Shown piece after piece: positions 9,843 to 19,197 of a stretch of DNA of 64,000 nucleotides. A program made the position numbers and the translations under genes. Under the pieces are notes generated by a model. The model was not told the DNA's origin. It did not search any database and saw only the letters and a program-made list of their open reading frames with translations. How positions within the stretch are numbered: the first letter of the stretch is position 1; each line of letters opens with the position of its first letter. Source of the DNA: Candidatus Kapaibacterium sp. (GTDB lineage: Bacteria; Bacteroidota; Ignavibacteria; Kapaibacteriales; WFXC01); the NCBI GenBank assembly GCA_015490805.1, contig WFXC01000033.1, forward strand, positions 5,347-69,346, written 5' to 3'.

Positions 9843-10115
9843 ATGTTAGTCTTAACACGCAAAGTTGGCGAAGAAATCATTATCGGACATTCTATTCGAG
9901 TGTCCATTCTGAGTTGCGACCGGGGCTACGTAAAGATTGGCATTGAAGCACCCCGCACTGTACCAGTGTACCGCAAAGAGATCTACGACCGCATTATGGA
10001 ATACAATAAAAAAGCGGCACAAATCGAAATACAAAAGCTACGGGAAGTGCTGCAAAGCAACTCCCTGAAAGTAAACCGGCTGCATCAACAAGGATCAAAA
10101 AAATCTTCGACGTAA
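9843..10115 (+). CDS. csrA: Carbon storage regulator CsrA
   Basis: MLVLTRKVGEEIIIG...VKIGIEAP..V.VYRKEIY, with the C-terminal extension seen in FliW-regulated CsrAs. Confidence 0.96.
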   Translation: MLVLTRKVGEEIIIGHSIRVSILSCDRGYVKIGIEAPRTVPVYRKEIYDRIMEYNKKAAQIEIQKLREVLQSNSLKVNRLHQQGSKKSST

Positions 10116-10747
10116 TGGAATCTGCAACGCAACAACAATTTCCCATCTTAGTAGTGGATGATGATATCTGGATCCAGCGGATTTTGTCCAAAGTATTGAG
10201 TCACTTTGGATTTTATCCGCTGACCGCTTCCAATGGTTTTGATGGTGTGGCTTTAGCCATTGAACATCAACCAATGGCGATTTTCCTGGATCTTATGATG
10301 CCAGAACTATCAGGGCACTTAGTGCTGAAGCTACTCAAGCGTATCAAACTAACGCGTGATATTCCGGTCCTGGTGGTGACTGCACTTTCCGACACCGAAA
10401 ATCTGAGTTTGGCAATTAAAGAGGGAGCTATTGGCTTTGTGAGCAAACCCTTTACCCGGGCGACGATTTACGACAAATTGCTATCCATTTTTGGTTCTGA
10501 AACCTTAGAAGTCATCGCCAAACAAACCAAACTGCCACCGGCGCAGGAAACCACTGTTGACACAACAACATCCCAGCCTTCCTTTACCTCTTCTCCTGAA
10601 TCATCAGTTTCAGCAACACCGCCGGAACAACCACCGGCATATTCACAAACTGTTGTTGAGCGGTACAAAGAAGAAGAAGCACCTCCGGAAGAAGAACAAC
10701 TGGAAATTATCCGCAAGATCTTAGAGCAACATCGCGGAACGCAATAA
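10115..10747 (+). CDS. Response regulator: receiver domain plus low-complexity tail, no recognisable output domain
   Basis: ILVVDDD, IFLDLMMPELSG, VTA, SKPF, then a Ser/Thr/Pro/Glu-rich tail. Confidence 0.88.
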   Translation: MESATQQQFPILVVDDDIWIQRILSKVLSHFGFYPLTASNGFDGVALAIEHQPMAIFLDLMMPELSGHLVLKLLKRIKLTRDIPVLVVTALSDTENLSLAIKEGAIGFVSKPFTRATIYDKLLSIFGSETLEVIAKQTKLPPAQETTVDTTTSQPSFTSSPESSVSATPPEQPPAYSQTVVERYKEEEAPPEEEQLEIIRKILEQHRGTQ

Positions 10748-11605
10748 TTACCACCGTACTTTGCGTTGCGAACGATAGCGCAAGAAAATAGCAATTCCGT
10801 TCAGTCCCAACACCAAAACCAGAAGCACGATAATAGCAGCAGCAGCATTAATCACAAAGCCGTGCTGCGGGCGGGATACCCAGTTAAAGATCTGAATCGG
10901 CAGCACGGTAAATTCATCCATTGGCGACCGGGGAATAAAAGGAACATACGTTAACGCTCCAACAACGATCAGGGGTGCAGCTTCACCGATGGCACGTGCC
11001 AGGGCTAAAATAATACCCGTCAAGATATTGCCAAAAGCAGCAGGCAGCACCTGTTTCCAGATCGTCTGCCACTTCGTCGCACCCAACGCATACGCTGCTT
11101 CTCGAATCGAGGACGGAACAGCACGCAACGCTTCACGTGCTACTACAATGACCACTGGAAGTACCAGCAATGCTAAGGTCAAACTACCAGCGATCAAACT
11201 CTGTCCCATTTGTAGTGTCCGTACGAAAATTTCCAATCCCAGAATTCCATAGATGATGGAAGGAACACCTGCCAAGTTTGCAATGTTGATTTCCAGCACA
11301 TTTGCCAGCCACGACTTTTTCGCATATTCTTCCAGATAGATGGCGGCACTCACTCCCAGCGGAATGGCAAAGAAAGCAGTACCCAGAAAGATCCAGAGAC
11401 TTCCGACAATAGCCGGATAAATGCCTGCTTTCTCTGGAAACCTCGATGGAAAAGAAGTGAGAAAGTCCCACGAAAGTCGAGCAATGCCTAACTTGAAAAT
11501 GCTCACAATGAGTGCAACAAGAAACAACAACCCAATGAACGCCGCCGCCAGCCCAAGCATTCCCACCAGCCGGTCAAGGAGATATGCCCGCCACCGCTTA
11601 CTCAT
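10748..11605 (-). CDS. pstA: Phosphate ABC transporter permease PstA
   Basis: [43 protein letters not shown]; start at ATG 11605. Confidence 0.95.
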   Translation of the reverse strand: MSKRWRAYLLDRLVGMLGLAAAFIGLLFLVALIVSIFKLGIARLSWDFLTSFPSRFPEKAGIYPAIVGSLWIFLGTAFFAIPLGVSAAIYLEEYAKKSWLANVLEINIANLAGVPSIIYGILGLEIFVRTLQMGQSLIAGSLTLALLVLPVVIVVAREALRAVPSSIREAAYALGATKWQTIWKQVLPAAFGNILTGIILALARAIGEAAPLIVVGALTYVPFIPRSPMDEFTVLPIQIFNWVSRPQHGFVINAAAAIIVLLVLVLGLNGIAIFLRYRSQRKVRW

Positions 11606-12479
11606 ATTGCTGTCGAAAGCGCCGGTTGACAAAAAAGCTAATCGTGCTCAAAACCACCGTGAAAAGAAATAAAACCATCCCGGCAGCGAAAATAGTTCGA
11701 TACTCCAGCGATCCGTGCGGGACATCCCCCAGGCTCACCTGCACAATGTATGTTGTCACCGTTTCAATCGGCACCAGCGGATTGAGCGTTAATCGAGGCT
11801 GTTGCCCAGCAGCAATCGCTACAATCATCGTTTCTCCAATTGCCCGTGCCAGTGCCAGCACCACTGAAGCAAGGATACCCGACGAAGCCGCAGGAATCAG
11901 CACCCGAAAGAGTGTCTGCACCCTGGTCGCTCCCATCCCATACGCTGCTTCCCGCAGTGATCGCGGAACTGCGTGGAGCGCATCTTCACTTAATGATGAA
12001 ATGAAAGGAATGATCATAATTCCCATTACAATGCCGGGCGACAAAGCATTAAAACCTGCCAATCCCGGAATGATCTGTTGAAGAGCCGGAGTCACAAACA
12101 CCAGCGCAAAATATCCGTAAACAACCGTTGGAATTGCCGAGAGCAGTTCCAGAATCGGCTTGACAATACTCCGCAACCGCGGCGAAGCATACTCATTCAA
12201 AAAAATCGCAGTCAACAACCCAATAGGCAGCGCAACGGCAATCGCAATGGCAGTCGTTAGAAAAGTCCCACTTAAAAGCGGCAAGATACCAAAATGCTTC
12301 TGCGCAAATAACGGGGTCCACTGGGTATCCGTCAAAAACTCCCAGATGGAAACCTCCCGAAAAAATTGTATCGTCTCTGTAATCAACACAGCAACGATGC
12401 CGATCGTGGTGGCAATGGTCAGTACTGCCGACAGCCGCAGCCCACTTTCGACAGTTCGTTCTATAAAGCGCCGCAACAT
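11598..12479 (-). CDS. pstC: Phosphate ABC transporter permease PstC
   Basis: [47 protein letters not shown]. Confidence 0.95.
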   Translation of the reverse strand: MLRRFIERTVESGLRLSAVLTIATTIGIVAVLITETIQFFREVSIWEFLTDTQWTPLFAQKHFGILPLLSGTFLTTAIAIAVALPIGLLTAIFLNEYASPRLRSIVKPILELLSAIPTVVYGYFALVFVTPALQQIIPGLAGFNALSPGIVMGIMIIPFISSLSEDALHAVPRSLREAAYGMGATRVQTLFRVLIPAASSGILASVVLALARAIGETMIVAIAAGQQPRLTLNPLVPIETVTTYIVQVSLGDVPHGSLEYRTIFAAGMVLFLFTVVLSTISFFVNRRFRQQYE

Positions 12480-12481
12480 CG

Positions 12482-13507
12482 CTACGGTTGTTCTGCTTGC
12501 TCCAACAATGCTTCAACCCGAACCCCTACCTGTGAGCCGTGTGCGCCGAAGATCGAGCCGGTGATTCGCTGCTGAAAACGCTGTTTGACCAGTTGATAGG
12601 CTTTTTCAGACAAAGGAACGTATCCCACATCAGGGGCTAAGGCTGGCATATGCTCGATATAGAAATTGACAAATTGCTCAACGGCTGACCGATCTGCCGA
12701 CTGGCGATTGACGTAAATGAACAAAGGTCGAGACAGCGGTTGATAGGTCCCGTCACGAACCGTTTCTGGTGATGGCATAATAGGACCAGCACCATTTTGA
12801 TCATTGCCATCGTCGATCGGTACAATCTTAACCCGATCTTTATTGTTCAATGCATAGGCTAAACCAACAAACGCCAGGGCATAACGATCGCTGGCAACTC
12901 CCTGGATAATCACATTGTCATCCTCACTGGAGGTATAGTCTCCCCGACTGGCGTGTTCTTTGCCAACAATGGCTTTGGTGAAGTAATCGTACGTTCCAGA
13001 TTCCACTCCCGGTCCATACAGGTGCAACTCTTCGTGGGGCCACTCAGGGCGAATCTGATCCCAGTAGAGAATCTTTCCCTGCGCTTCCGGCGACCAGATT
13101 TTACGGAGCTCCTCGACGGTGAAGTAGTCGACCCAATCATTCTGCGGATTGACCAGCACACACATTGCATCGTAGGCTATCGGTAATTCGATGTACGCAA
13201 TGCCATTAGTGCGGCACAAAGAATCCTCAATTGCCCGAATAGGGCGAGAAGCATCATTGATATCCGTCTCGCCTCTGACAAATTTCTTAAATCCTCCCCC
13301 GGTGCCCGACACACCAATAAGCACGTGGATATCCGGTGCGACCTGACGAAATTCCTCTGCCACTGCTTCCGAAAGTGGATAGACCGTACTGGATCCATCA
13401 ATGCGAATCACCGCACGCTGAGATTCTGCTGACTGTTGCGACTGCTTCCCGCAGCTACTCAGCAATACCATCAGAAAAACGCCGAAGAGGAAAAATCCAT
13501 ACCGCAT
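12482..13507 (-). CDS. pstS: Phosphate ABC transporter substrate-binding lipoprotein PstS
   Basis: Lipobox [48 protein letters not shown]; start at ATG 13507. Confidence 0.95.
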   Translation of the reverse strand: MRYGFFLFGVFLMVLLSSCGKQSQQSAESQRAVIRIDGSSTVYPLSEAVAEEFRQVAPDIHVLIGVSGTGGGFKKFVRGETDINDASRPIRAIEDSLCRTNGIAYIELPIAYDAMCVLVNPQNDWVDYFTVEELRKIWSPEAQGKILYWDQIRPEWPHEELHLYGPGVESGTYDYFTKAIVGKEHASRGDYTSSEDDNVIIQGVASDRYALAFVGLAYALNNKDRVKIVPIDDGNDQNGAGPIMPSPETVRDGTYQPLSRPLFIYVNRQSADRSAVEQFVNFYIEHMPALAPDVGYVPLSEKAYQLVKQRFQQRITGSIFGAHGSQVGVRVEALLEQAEQP

Positions 13508-13651
13508 CACGATGCTCCATTTATGAACATAAACGCCTGGGAACAAAGAGGGAAGGTGCTGCGGCAACACCGCAGTATGCCCCGGAGTATCGCCATCTCC
13601 ACAGTGCAGCATCATACCGCTGGCAGGCATTTTATGGATTCAAAAAGATCG

Positions 13652-13659
13652 CAAATATA
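13652..13659 (-). promoter_or_regulatory. Bacteroidota-type -7 element upstream of pstS
   Basis: TATATTTG on the minus strand. Confidence 0.45.
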
Positions 13660-13921
13660 GGGAAAACGCTCCACTTGGCAATCACCATCCTTCTCGCTCT
13701 GTTCTCCTGGATTATCATCGGTTTTCTCAGAACCCTGAGGCACCAAGTATTGCAAAGCTCCATCGTCGTGTGGACCGATCAGAACCTGTATTTCTTATTT
13801 TCCTTCACAAAGTCTCCTTTGCCTTAGCCAGCAAAGCCAATTCTCCTGACAGTTATGCGTTACCTTATTATTTTCCAGCTTTCAGCGAGGCAGAAATTGT
13901 AGAACAGCAGATACAGACTCA

Positions 13922-16900
13922 ATGCGCTTTGAGCCGTTACCTGATAAGCTGTCCTATCCAGAAATCGAAAAAGAAATTCTCCGCTGGTGGGAAGAGCAGC
14001 AAATTTTCCAAAAATCCTTAGAACAGCGGCAGGGAGCCCCACGATTTGTTTTCTATGAAGGTCCGCCAACCGTTAATGGACAGCCGGGGATCCACCACTT
14101 AATGGCGCGCACCCTGAAAGACCTGGTGTGCCGATATAAAACGATGCGCGGCTTCTATGTCTATCGCAAAGCAGGATGGGACACCCACGGACTTCCTATC
14201 GAAATAGCAGTCGAAAAAAAATTAGGACTGACCTACAAAAAGCAGATCGAAGAGTACGGAATCGACCGATTTAACGCGGAATGTAAAAAGCTGGTAGAAT
14301 ATTACATCGAAACTGACCAGGGATGGCGGGCTTTGACCCAGCGAATGGGCTATTGGATTGACTTAGACAATGCTTACATCACCTGTTCCAATGAGTACAT
14401 TGAATCACTGTGGTGGGCAATTAAAGAGTTCCACAAAAAGGGACTGATTTACAAAGACTTCAAAATTGTCCCTATTTCCCCAACGATCGAAACGCCGCTC
14501 AGTTCCCACGAATTAGCGCTGGGTTACAAAGAAGTTCGGGATCCCAGTGTGTTTATCAAAGTAGCGGTGACTGAGCCAGTTCAGCCAGAGCTGCACAATG
14601 CATTTCTCTTAGTGTGGACGACTACCCCGTGGACACTTATCGGCAATGCAGCAATCGCCGTCGGTCCTGACATCGACTATGTCCTGGTACGCAACCGACG
14701 AACAATTAAAGAAAAAGGAAAAGATCCCATTACGGTGGAAGAGCATCTCCTGTTAGCAGAGGCACGGCTGGAAGTCCTGGACGGTGATTATGAGATTCTT
14801 CACCGGTACAAAGGAACCGATCTGGTTGGAACGCGCTACGAACAGATTTTTCCCTACGAGAAAATCGATCTTGCGGCGCACCCCAATGCCCTTTCCGTGC
14901 TTCCAGCAGATTTCGTGTCGACAGAAGAAGGAACCGGACTGGTCCATATTGCTCCTGCTTTTGGCGCAGACGATTTTGAACTGGGCAAAAAATACAACCT
15001 TCCTCTGTTGCAGCCGGTTCTACCCAACGGGCGATTCAAGGATTATGTCACAGAGTTTGCCGGCAGACCGGTCAAAACGTTTCAATATGCCGATGGCCAT
15101 ATTGAAGAAGGAACGGATAAAGACCTGGTGCGAATGCTCAAGCGGATGGGCAAACTTTATAAAGCCTCCTTCGACTATCTCCATACCTACCCCCATTGCT
15201 GGCGTACTGGAAACCCCATCATTTACTATGCCCAGGACTCGTGGTTTATTAACTCCCCCGCCTACCGGGACCGGATGGTGGAACTCAATCAGCACATTCG
15301 ATGGCAACCACCGGAAATTGGCTCCGGTCGTTTTGGCAACTGGCTCGCAGAAGCAAAGGAATGGGCACTATCACGCACTCGCTACTGGGGAACTCCCCTG
15401 CCGATCTGGATTAGCGAGGATGGTGAGGACATTATCGTCATTGGCTCGATTGAAGAATTGATGGAAGGATGGTACGAAGAGCCTGATGGGACGCGGGTTC
15501 CAATGAGTGCAAAGAAAGAAGAAATTGACCTCCACCGTCCATTTGTCGACCGCATTATCTTTGAACGCAACGGGAAAATTTATCGTCGGGTTCCGGAAAT
15601 CATTGATGTCTGGTTTGATTCTGGTGCGATGCCTTTTGCGCAGTTCCACTATCCTTTTGAAAATCGCGACCTCTTTCGTGAAAACTTCCCCGCTGACTTT
15701 ATTGCGGAAGGCGTGGACCAAACTCGTGGATGGTTCTACACACTCCATAACATTGCAACAGCACTTTTCGACCAGTCGGCTTATAAAAGCGTAATCGTCA
15801 ATGAGCTGATCCTGGATAAACACGGCGTCAAGATGTCAAAGTCTCGCGGCAACGTCGTCGATCCTTTCCAGGTAATGGAAGAATTCGGTGCTGACGCTGT
15901 CCGCTGGTACTTTATGGTCAACAACCCGCCGTGGAAACCGACGCTGTTTAACAGCGAGGATATCCGCCGGACGGTACTTTCCGACTTCTTCCGTGCACTC
16001 ACCAATACCTATGCTTTCTTTGCGCTCTATGCAAATATTGACGACTTTGATCCCACTACCCCTCCAATTCCTGTAGATCGGCGACCAGAGATCGACCGAT
16101 GGATTCTCTCCCGTCTCCACTCACTGCTCAAAGCGTATGGCGAATTGATGGATGCGTACGAAGTTACTCGAATTGCACGAATGATCCAGCATTTTACCAT
16201 CGATGATCTCTCCAACTGGTACGTACGGCGGAACCGACGTCGATTCTGGAAAGGAGACAAGGATGAGGATAAACTAGCAGCGTACCAGACCCTGCATACC
16301 CTTTTGCTCACCCTGAGTATGCTGATCGCCCCCTTTGCCCCATTTCTCGCTGAATACCTGTACCGGAAACTCCGAACGGACGACCTGCCCGAATCTGTCC
16401 ACCTCTGCCTGCTCCCTTCTCCGGATTCTTCGCTAATTGATGAACTCTTAGAGCAGCAGATGCGGCGTGCTCAAATCATTGCTTCATTGGGGAGAGCGCT
16501 GCGCGAAAAAGCCAAAATCCGGGTGCGGCAACCGCTGCGCCGCATTCTGGTCGCTGTGCGTTCAGAGGAAGAAAAACGTCAGATTCAGCACGTTGAAGAT
16601 CTGATCAAGGAAGAGTTGAACATCAAGCGCATTGAATACATCTCCGACGATTCCCCGGTTGTCCAGCGTGAAATCAAGCCGAACTATGCAACCTTAGGAA
16701 AACGCTTTCGGAAACTCACCAACGCCGTCGCCAACGCTATCCGCCAGTTGAGCGATGATCAGCTCAGAATCTTAGAAGATGAGGGCAAACTGGAACTTAC
16801 CGTCAACGAAACCACCGTGGAAATTTACCCCGAAGATGTGCAGGTGTATTACAAAGACATTGAAGGGTGGATGGTCGCTGCTGAACAGGGAATAGTGGTC

Positions 16901-17212
16901 GCATTAGATACAACCATCGATGAGCAATTGCGGCAAGAAGGATTTGCGCGCGAACTGATCAATCGTATCCAGAACCTTCGCAAAACCTCAGGGTTCAACG
17001 TAACAGACCGCATTGTACTGCGGTATAATGCTCCGGAATCCATACGAAGCATTATCGAAGCGCAACGTTCAACCATTGCCCAGGAAGTCTTAGCTCACCG
17101 TATCCTCTTCGATCCCCAGATTACGGATGGAACTGAGATTACCATTGATAACCTTACACTTTCCGTAAAACTTGAACGTATTCTGCCAGAATCAGAGACA
17201 ACGGAAGGGTAA
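13922..17212 (+). CDS. ileS: Isoleucine--tRNA ligase (IleRS2 type)
   Basis: FYEGPP..NG.PGIHH, GWDTHGLP, WTTTPWTL, DVWFDSG, EGVDQTRGWF, KMSKS; no C-terminal Zn finger. Confidence 0.98.
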   Translation: MRFEPLPDKLSYPEIEKEILRWWEEQQIFQKSLEQRQGAPRFVFYEGPPTVNGQPGIHHLMARTLKDLVCRYKTMRGFYVYRKAGWDTHGLPIEIAVEKKLGLTYKKQIEEYGIDRFNAECKKLVEYYIETDQGWRALTQRMGYWIDLDNAYITCSNEYIESLWWAIKEFHKKGLIYKDFKIVPISPTIETPLSSHELALGYKEVRDPSVFIKVAVTEPVQPELHNAFLLVWTTTPWTLIGNAAIAVGPDIDYVLVRNRRTIKEKGKDPITVEEHLLLAEARLEVLDGDYEILHRYKGTDLVGTRYEQIFPYEKIDLAAHPNALSVLPADFVSTEEGTGLVHIAPAFGADDFELGKKYNLPLLQPVLPNGRFKDYVTEFAGRPVKTFQYADGHIEEGTDKDLVRMLKRMGKLYKASFDYLHTYPHCWRTGNPIIYYAQDSWFINSPAYRDRMVELNQHIRWQPPEIGSGRFGNWLAEAKEWALSRTRYWGTPLPIWISEDGEDIIVIGSIEELMEGWYEEPDGTRVPMSAKKEEIDLHRPFVDRIIFERNGKIYRRVPEIIDVWFDSGAMPFAQFHYPFENRDLFRENFPADFIAEGVDQTRGWFYTLHNIATALFDQSAYKSVIVNELILDKHGVKMSKSRGNVVDPFQVMEEFGADAVRWYFMVNNPPWKPTLFNSEDIRRTVLSDFFRALTNTYAFFALYANIDDFDPTTPPIPVDRRPEIDRWILSRLHSLLKAYGELMDAYEVTRIARMIQHFTIDDLSNWYVRRNRRRFWKGDKDEDKLAAYQTLHTLLLTLSMLIAPFAPFLAEYLYRKLRTDDLPESVHLCLLPSPDSSLIDELLEQQMRRAQIIASLGRALREKAKIRVRQPLRRILVAVRSEEEKRQIQHVEDLIKEELNIKRIEYISDDSPVVQREIKPNYATLGKRFRKLTNAVANAIRQLSDDQLRILEDEGKLELTVNETTVEIYPEDVQVYYKDIEGWMVAAEQGIVVALDTTIDEQLRQEGFARELINRIQNLRKTSGFNVTDRIVLRYNAPESIRSIIEAQRSTIAQEVLAHRILFDPQITDGTEITIDNLTLSVKLERILPESETTEG

Positions 17213-17217
17213 AGCAA

Positions 17218-17916
17218 ATGGCAACGAAAAAGAAGACAACAGCAGCGTCCAGCAGCAAGAGTACGAAAGCAAGCAAGAGTAAAGCAACGAAAACAACAAA
17301 GAAAAGCAAGCAAACAGCGAGTACAAAGTCCAGCACACAGAAAAAGAAGAAAACAGCTACAAAAAAACCGCAAACAAGTAGATCCCAAAAGACAACAAAG
17401 AAAAGTAGCAGCAAAAAAACAGCAACGCAGAAGAAAGTTACAAAAAGCTCTAAAAGCACAACTGCTACAAAGAAAACCCAAAAACCACTGCGATACTCTG
17501 ACAAAGAGTTAGAGATGTTTCGCAAACACATTGAGAAAATTCGAGCCCAGACACTGGAAGAATTCCATATGCTGAAGGAACGATTAGAAGATATGAACAG
17601 CGACGAAATGGTTCCTGAAACTGCTGCTTATTCTGTTCATATGGCAGAAGAAGGCACGAACGCTCAGGAAAAAGAAAAGCTTTTCACCCAACTTCAACGA
17701 CTCAGCGATTATCTGAAAAAATTAGACGAAGCACTGGAACGCATCAAAAATAAAACGTATGGCATTTGTCGCGTCTGCGGTATCCTTATCGCAAAGGAAC
17801 GGCTGCTTGCTGTTCCCATCACAACGCTCTCAGCTTCCTATAAAATTCATAAGAAGTGTCCCCCTGATGGGGTTGATCGGATCCATCCTCCCGAAGAACT
17901 GGAAGAACCAAAGTGA
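17218..17916 (+). CDS. dksA: TraR/DksA family protein with Lys/Thr/Ser-rich N-terminal extension
   Basis: LRYSDKELEMFR, ALERIKNKTYGICRVCG.LI.KERL.AVP; downstream of ileS as is common in Bacteroidota. Confidence 0.85.
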   Translation: MATKKKTTAASSSKSTKASKSKATKTTKKSKQTASTKSSTQKKKKTATKKPQTSRSQKTTKKSSSKKTATQKKVTKSSKSTTATKKTQKPLRYSDKELEMFRKHIEKIRAQTLEEFHMLKERLEDMNSDEMVPETAAYSVHMAEEGTNAQEKEKLFTQLQRLSDYLKKLDEALERIKNKTYGICRVCGILIAKERLLAVPITTLSASYKIHKKCPPDGVDRIHPPEELEEPK

Positions 17917-18182
17917 AACTAAGATCCGTGGAAAGCATTTTCACATGATTTCTTCTACGAACGGGAATGGCCTTTCTGTACATCGCCGAATTCCCGACAG
18001 CTTCAGCGATTGCGACGAAAGAGTATCAACTGATTCTGGTAATCCCTCTTATGTACTCATCTGACCCCATAATCGCTTCGGGAACTCCACCAGTAACAGA
18101 AACGCTGTAACACTTTCCTGCGCATAGCATTATTACAGTTGTGCTTGACAAAAGGGAGTTTCACTAAATCAAGAGGCAAACT

Positions 18183-19085
18183 ATGAAACGCTTTGTATCC
18201 TGGCTTTTTGTTTTCAGTGTGATTGGTATCCTAATCTCTGCTACATCCTGTGACTCTCGTGCTCCTATTTCTGTCGATTTTAATCCTCTTGATAGCATTG
18301 ATCATCGTCGTGATAGTACAGGCTCTGGAGGATCCGGAGGAAATGATTCAACGATCTGTTTCGAACGCGATATCCTTCCAATCTTCCTTGCCAACTGCGC
18401 AATGAGTGGCTGCCACGACGCCCAGAGCCACGAAGACGGATATATCTTAACCAGCTACGAAACCATTACCGCTAAAGGAATCGTTCCATATGAACCCAAC
18501 CGAAGCGAAATTTACAAAGTTCTTATCGGTCAAGGGGAAAACACTATTGGCGTTTCCCCGTGGCTTACACTTCGCCGCGACGACGATGAAGAAGACGACG
18601 AAGACGATGATGGATATGACGACGAGTACGACGACGATGGCGATGATGAAGGTGATGATGATTACCGAATGCCCCCTCCTCCATATCCACCACTGTCCCA
18701 AGACAAAATTGATTTGATTTATCGATGGATTGCTGAAGGAGCTCAAAATACCCAATGTGATTCCACTGGTGGAGACAGCAGTGGTGATGATTGCGATACA
18801 CTGAACATGAGTTATGCTCAAGACATTCAACCGATCCTTTCTACTAACTGCGTGGGTTGCCATTCCTCCAGCGCACCGTCAGGTGGTATCGTACTGGATA
18901 ACTACAACAGTGTCAAGAGTGTTGCCAGCAGTGGACGTCTCTATGGAAGCGTTGCTCATTTAGCAGGATATAAGCCTATGCCTCCTGAGGAACAATTGGA
19001 CAATTGTTCGATTCTCAAAATCAAAGCCTGGATCGACCAAGGAACACCTCCAATGTCATTTCATTTTGTCCACGATCCAGAATAA
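18183..19085 (+). CDS. Putative lipoprotein diheme c-type cytochrome (two planctomycete cytochrome c-like repeats)
   Basis: SATSC lipobox-like; repeats FERDILPIF..NCAMSGCH...MPP...WIAEGA and YAQDIQPIL..NCVGCH...MPP...WIDQG. Confidence 0.8.
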   Translation: MKRFVSWLFVFSVIGILISATSCDSRAPISVDFNPLDSIDHRRDSTGSGGSGGNDSTICFERDILPIFLANCAMSGCHDAQSHEDGYILTSYETITAKGIVPYEPNRSEIYKVLIGQGENTIGVSPWLTLRRDDDEEDDEDDDGYDDEYDDDGDDEGDDDYRMPPPPYPPLSQDKIDLIYRWIAEGAQNTQCDSTGGDSSGDDCDTLNMSYAQDIQPILSTNCVGCHSSSAPSGGIVLDNYNSVKSVASSGRLYGSVAHLAGYKPMPPEEQLDNCSILKIKAWIDQGTPPMSFHFVHDPE

Positions 19086-19128
19086 CGCTCTTGTGGACAT
19101 CTGTGCCCTGTACCTCCGGAATTTCAAG

Positions 19129-19162
19129 AAAAGCGGTGGAAGTGTTTTCCACCGCTTTTTTT
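19129..19162. terminator. Probable bidirectional intrinsic terminator
   Basis: AAAAGCGGTGGAA / TTCCACCGCTTTT inverted repeat with T-tract, between convergent cytochrome and TonB receptor genes. Confidence 0.85.
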
Positions 19163-19197
19163 GTCTTAGGAAATCGTAAAGATTCACTTCCAAAAAT

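Noticed and set aside
17095-17531. Cys/Phe/Leu/Val-rich minus-strand ORFs resembling membrane or metal-binding peptides
   Set aside because: Mirror image of the A-rich Lys/Thr tract of dksA.
18106-18138. CTGTAA...TTACAG inverted repeat / ECF-like GTAAC upstream of the diheme cytochrome
   Set aside because: Only 6-bp arms and the -10 lacks CGT; too weak to call.
18565-18801. His/Arg-rich minus-strand ORF and GAC/GAT repeat-like DNA
   Set aside because: Antisense reading of the poly-Asp insert; not a separate gene, CRISPR or true tandem repeat.
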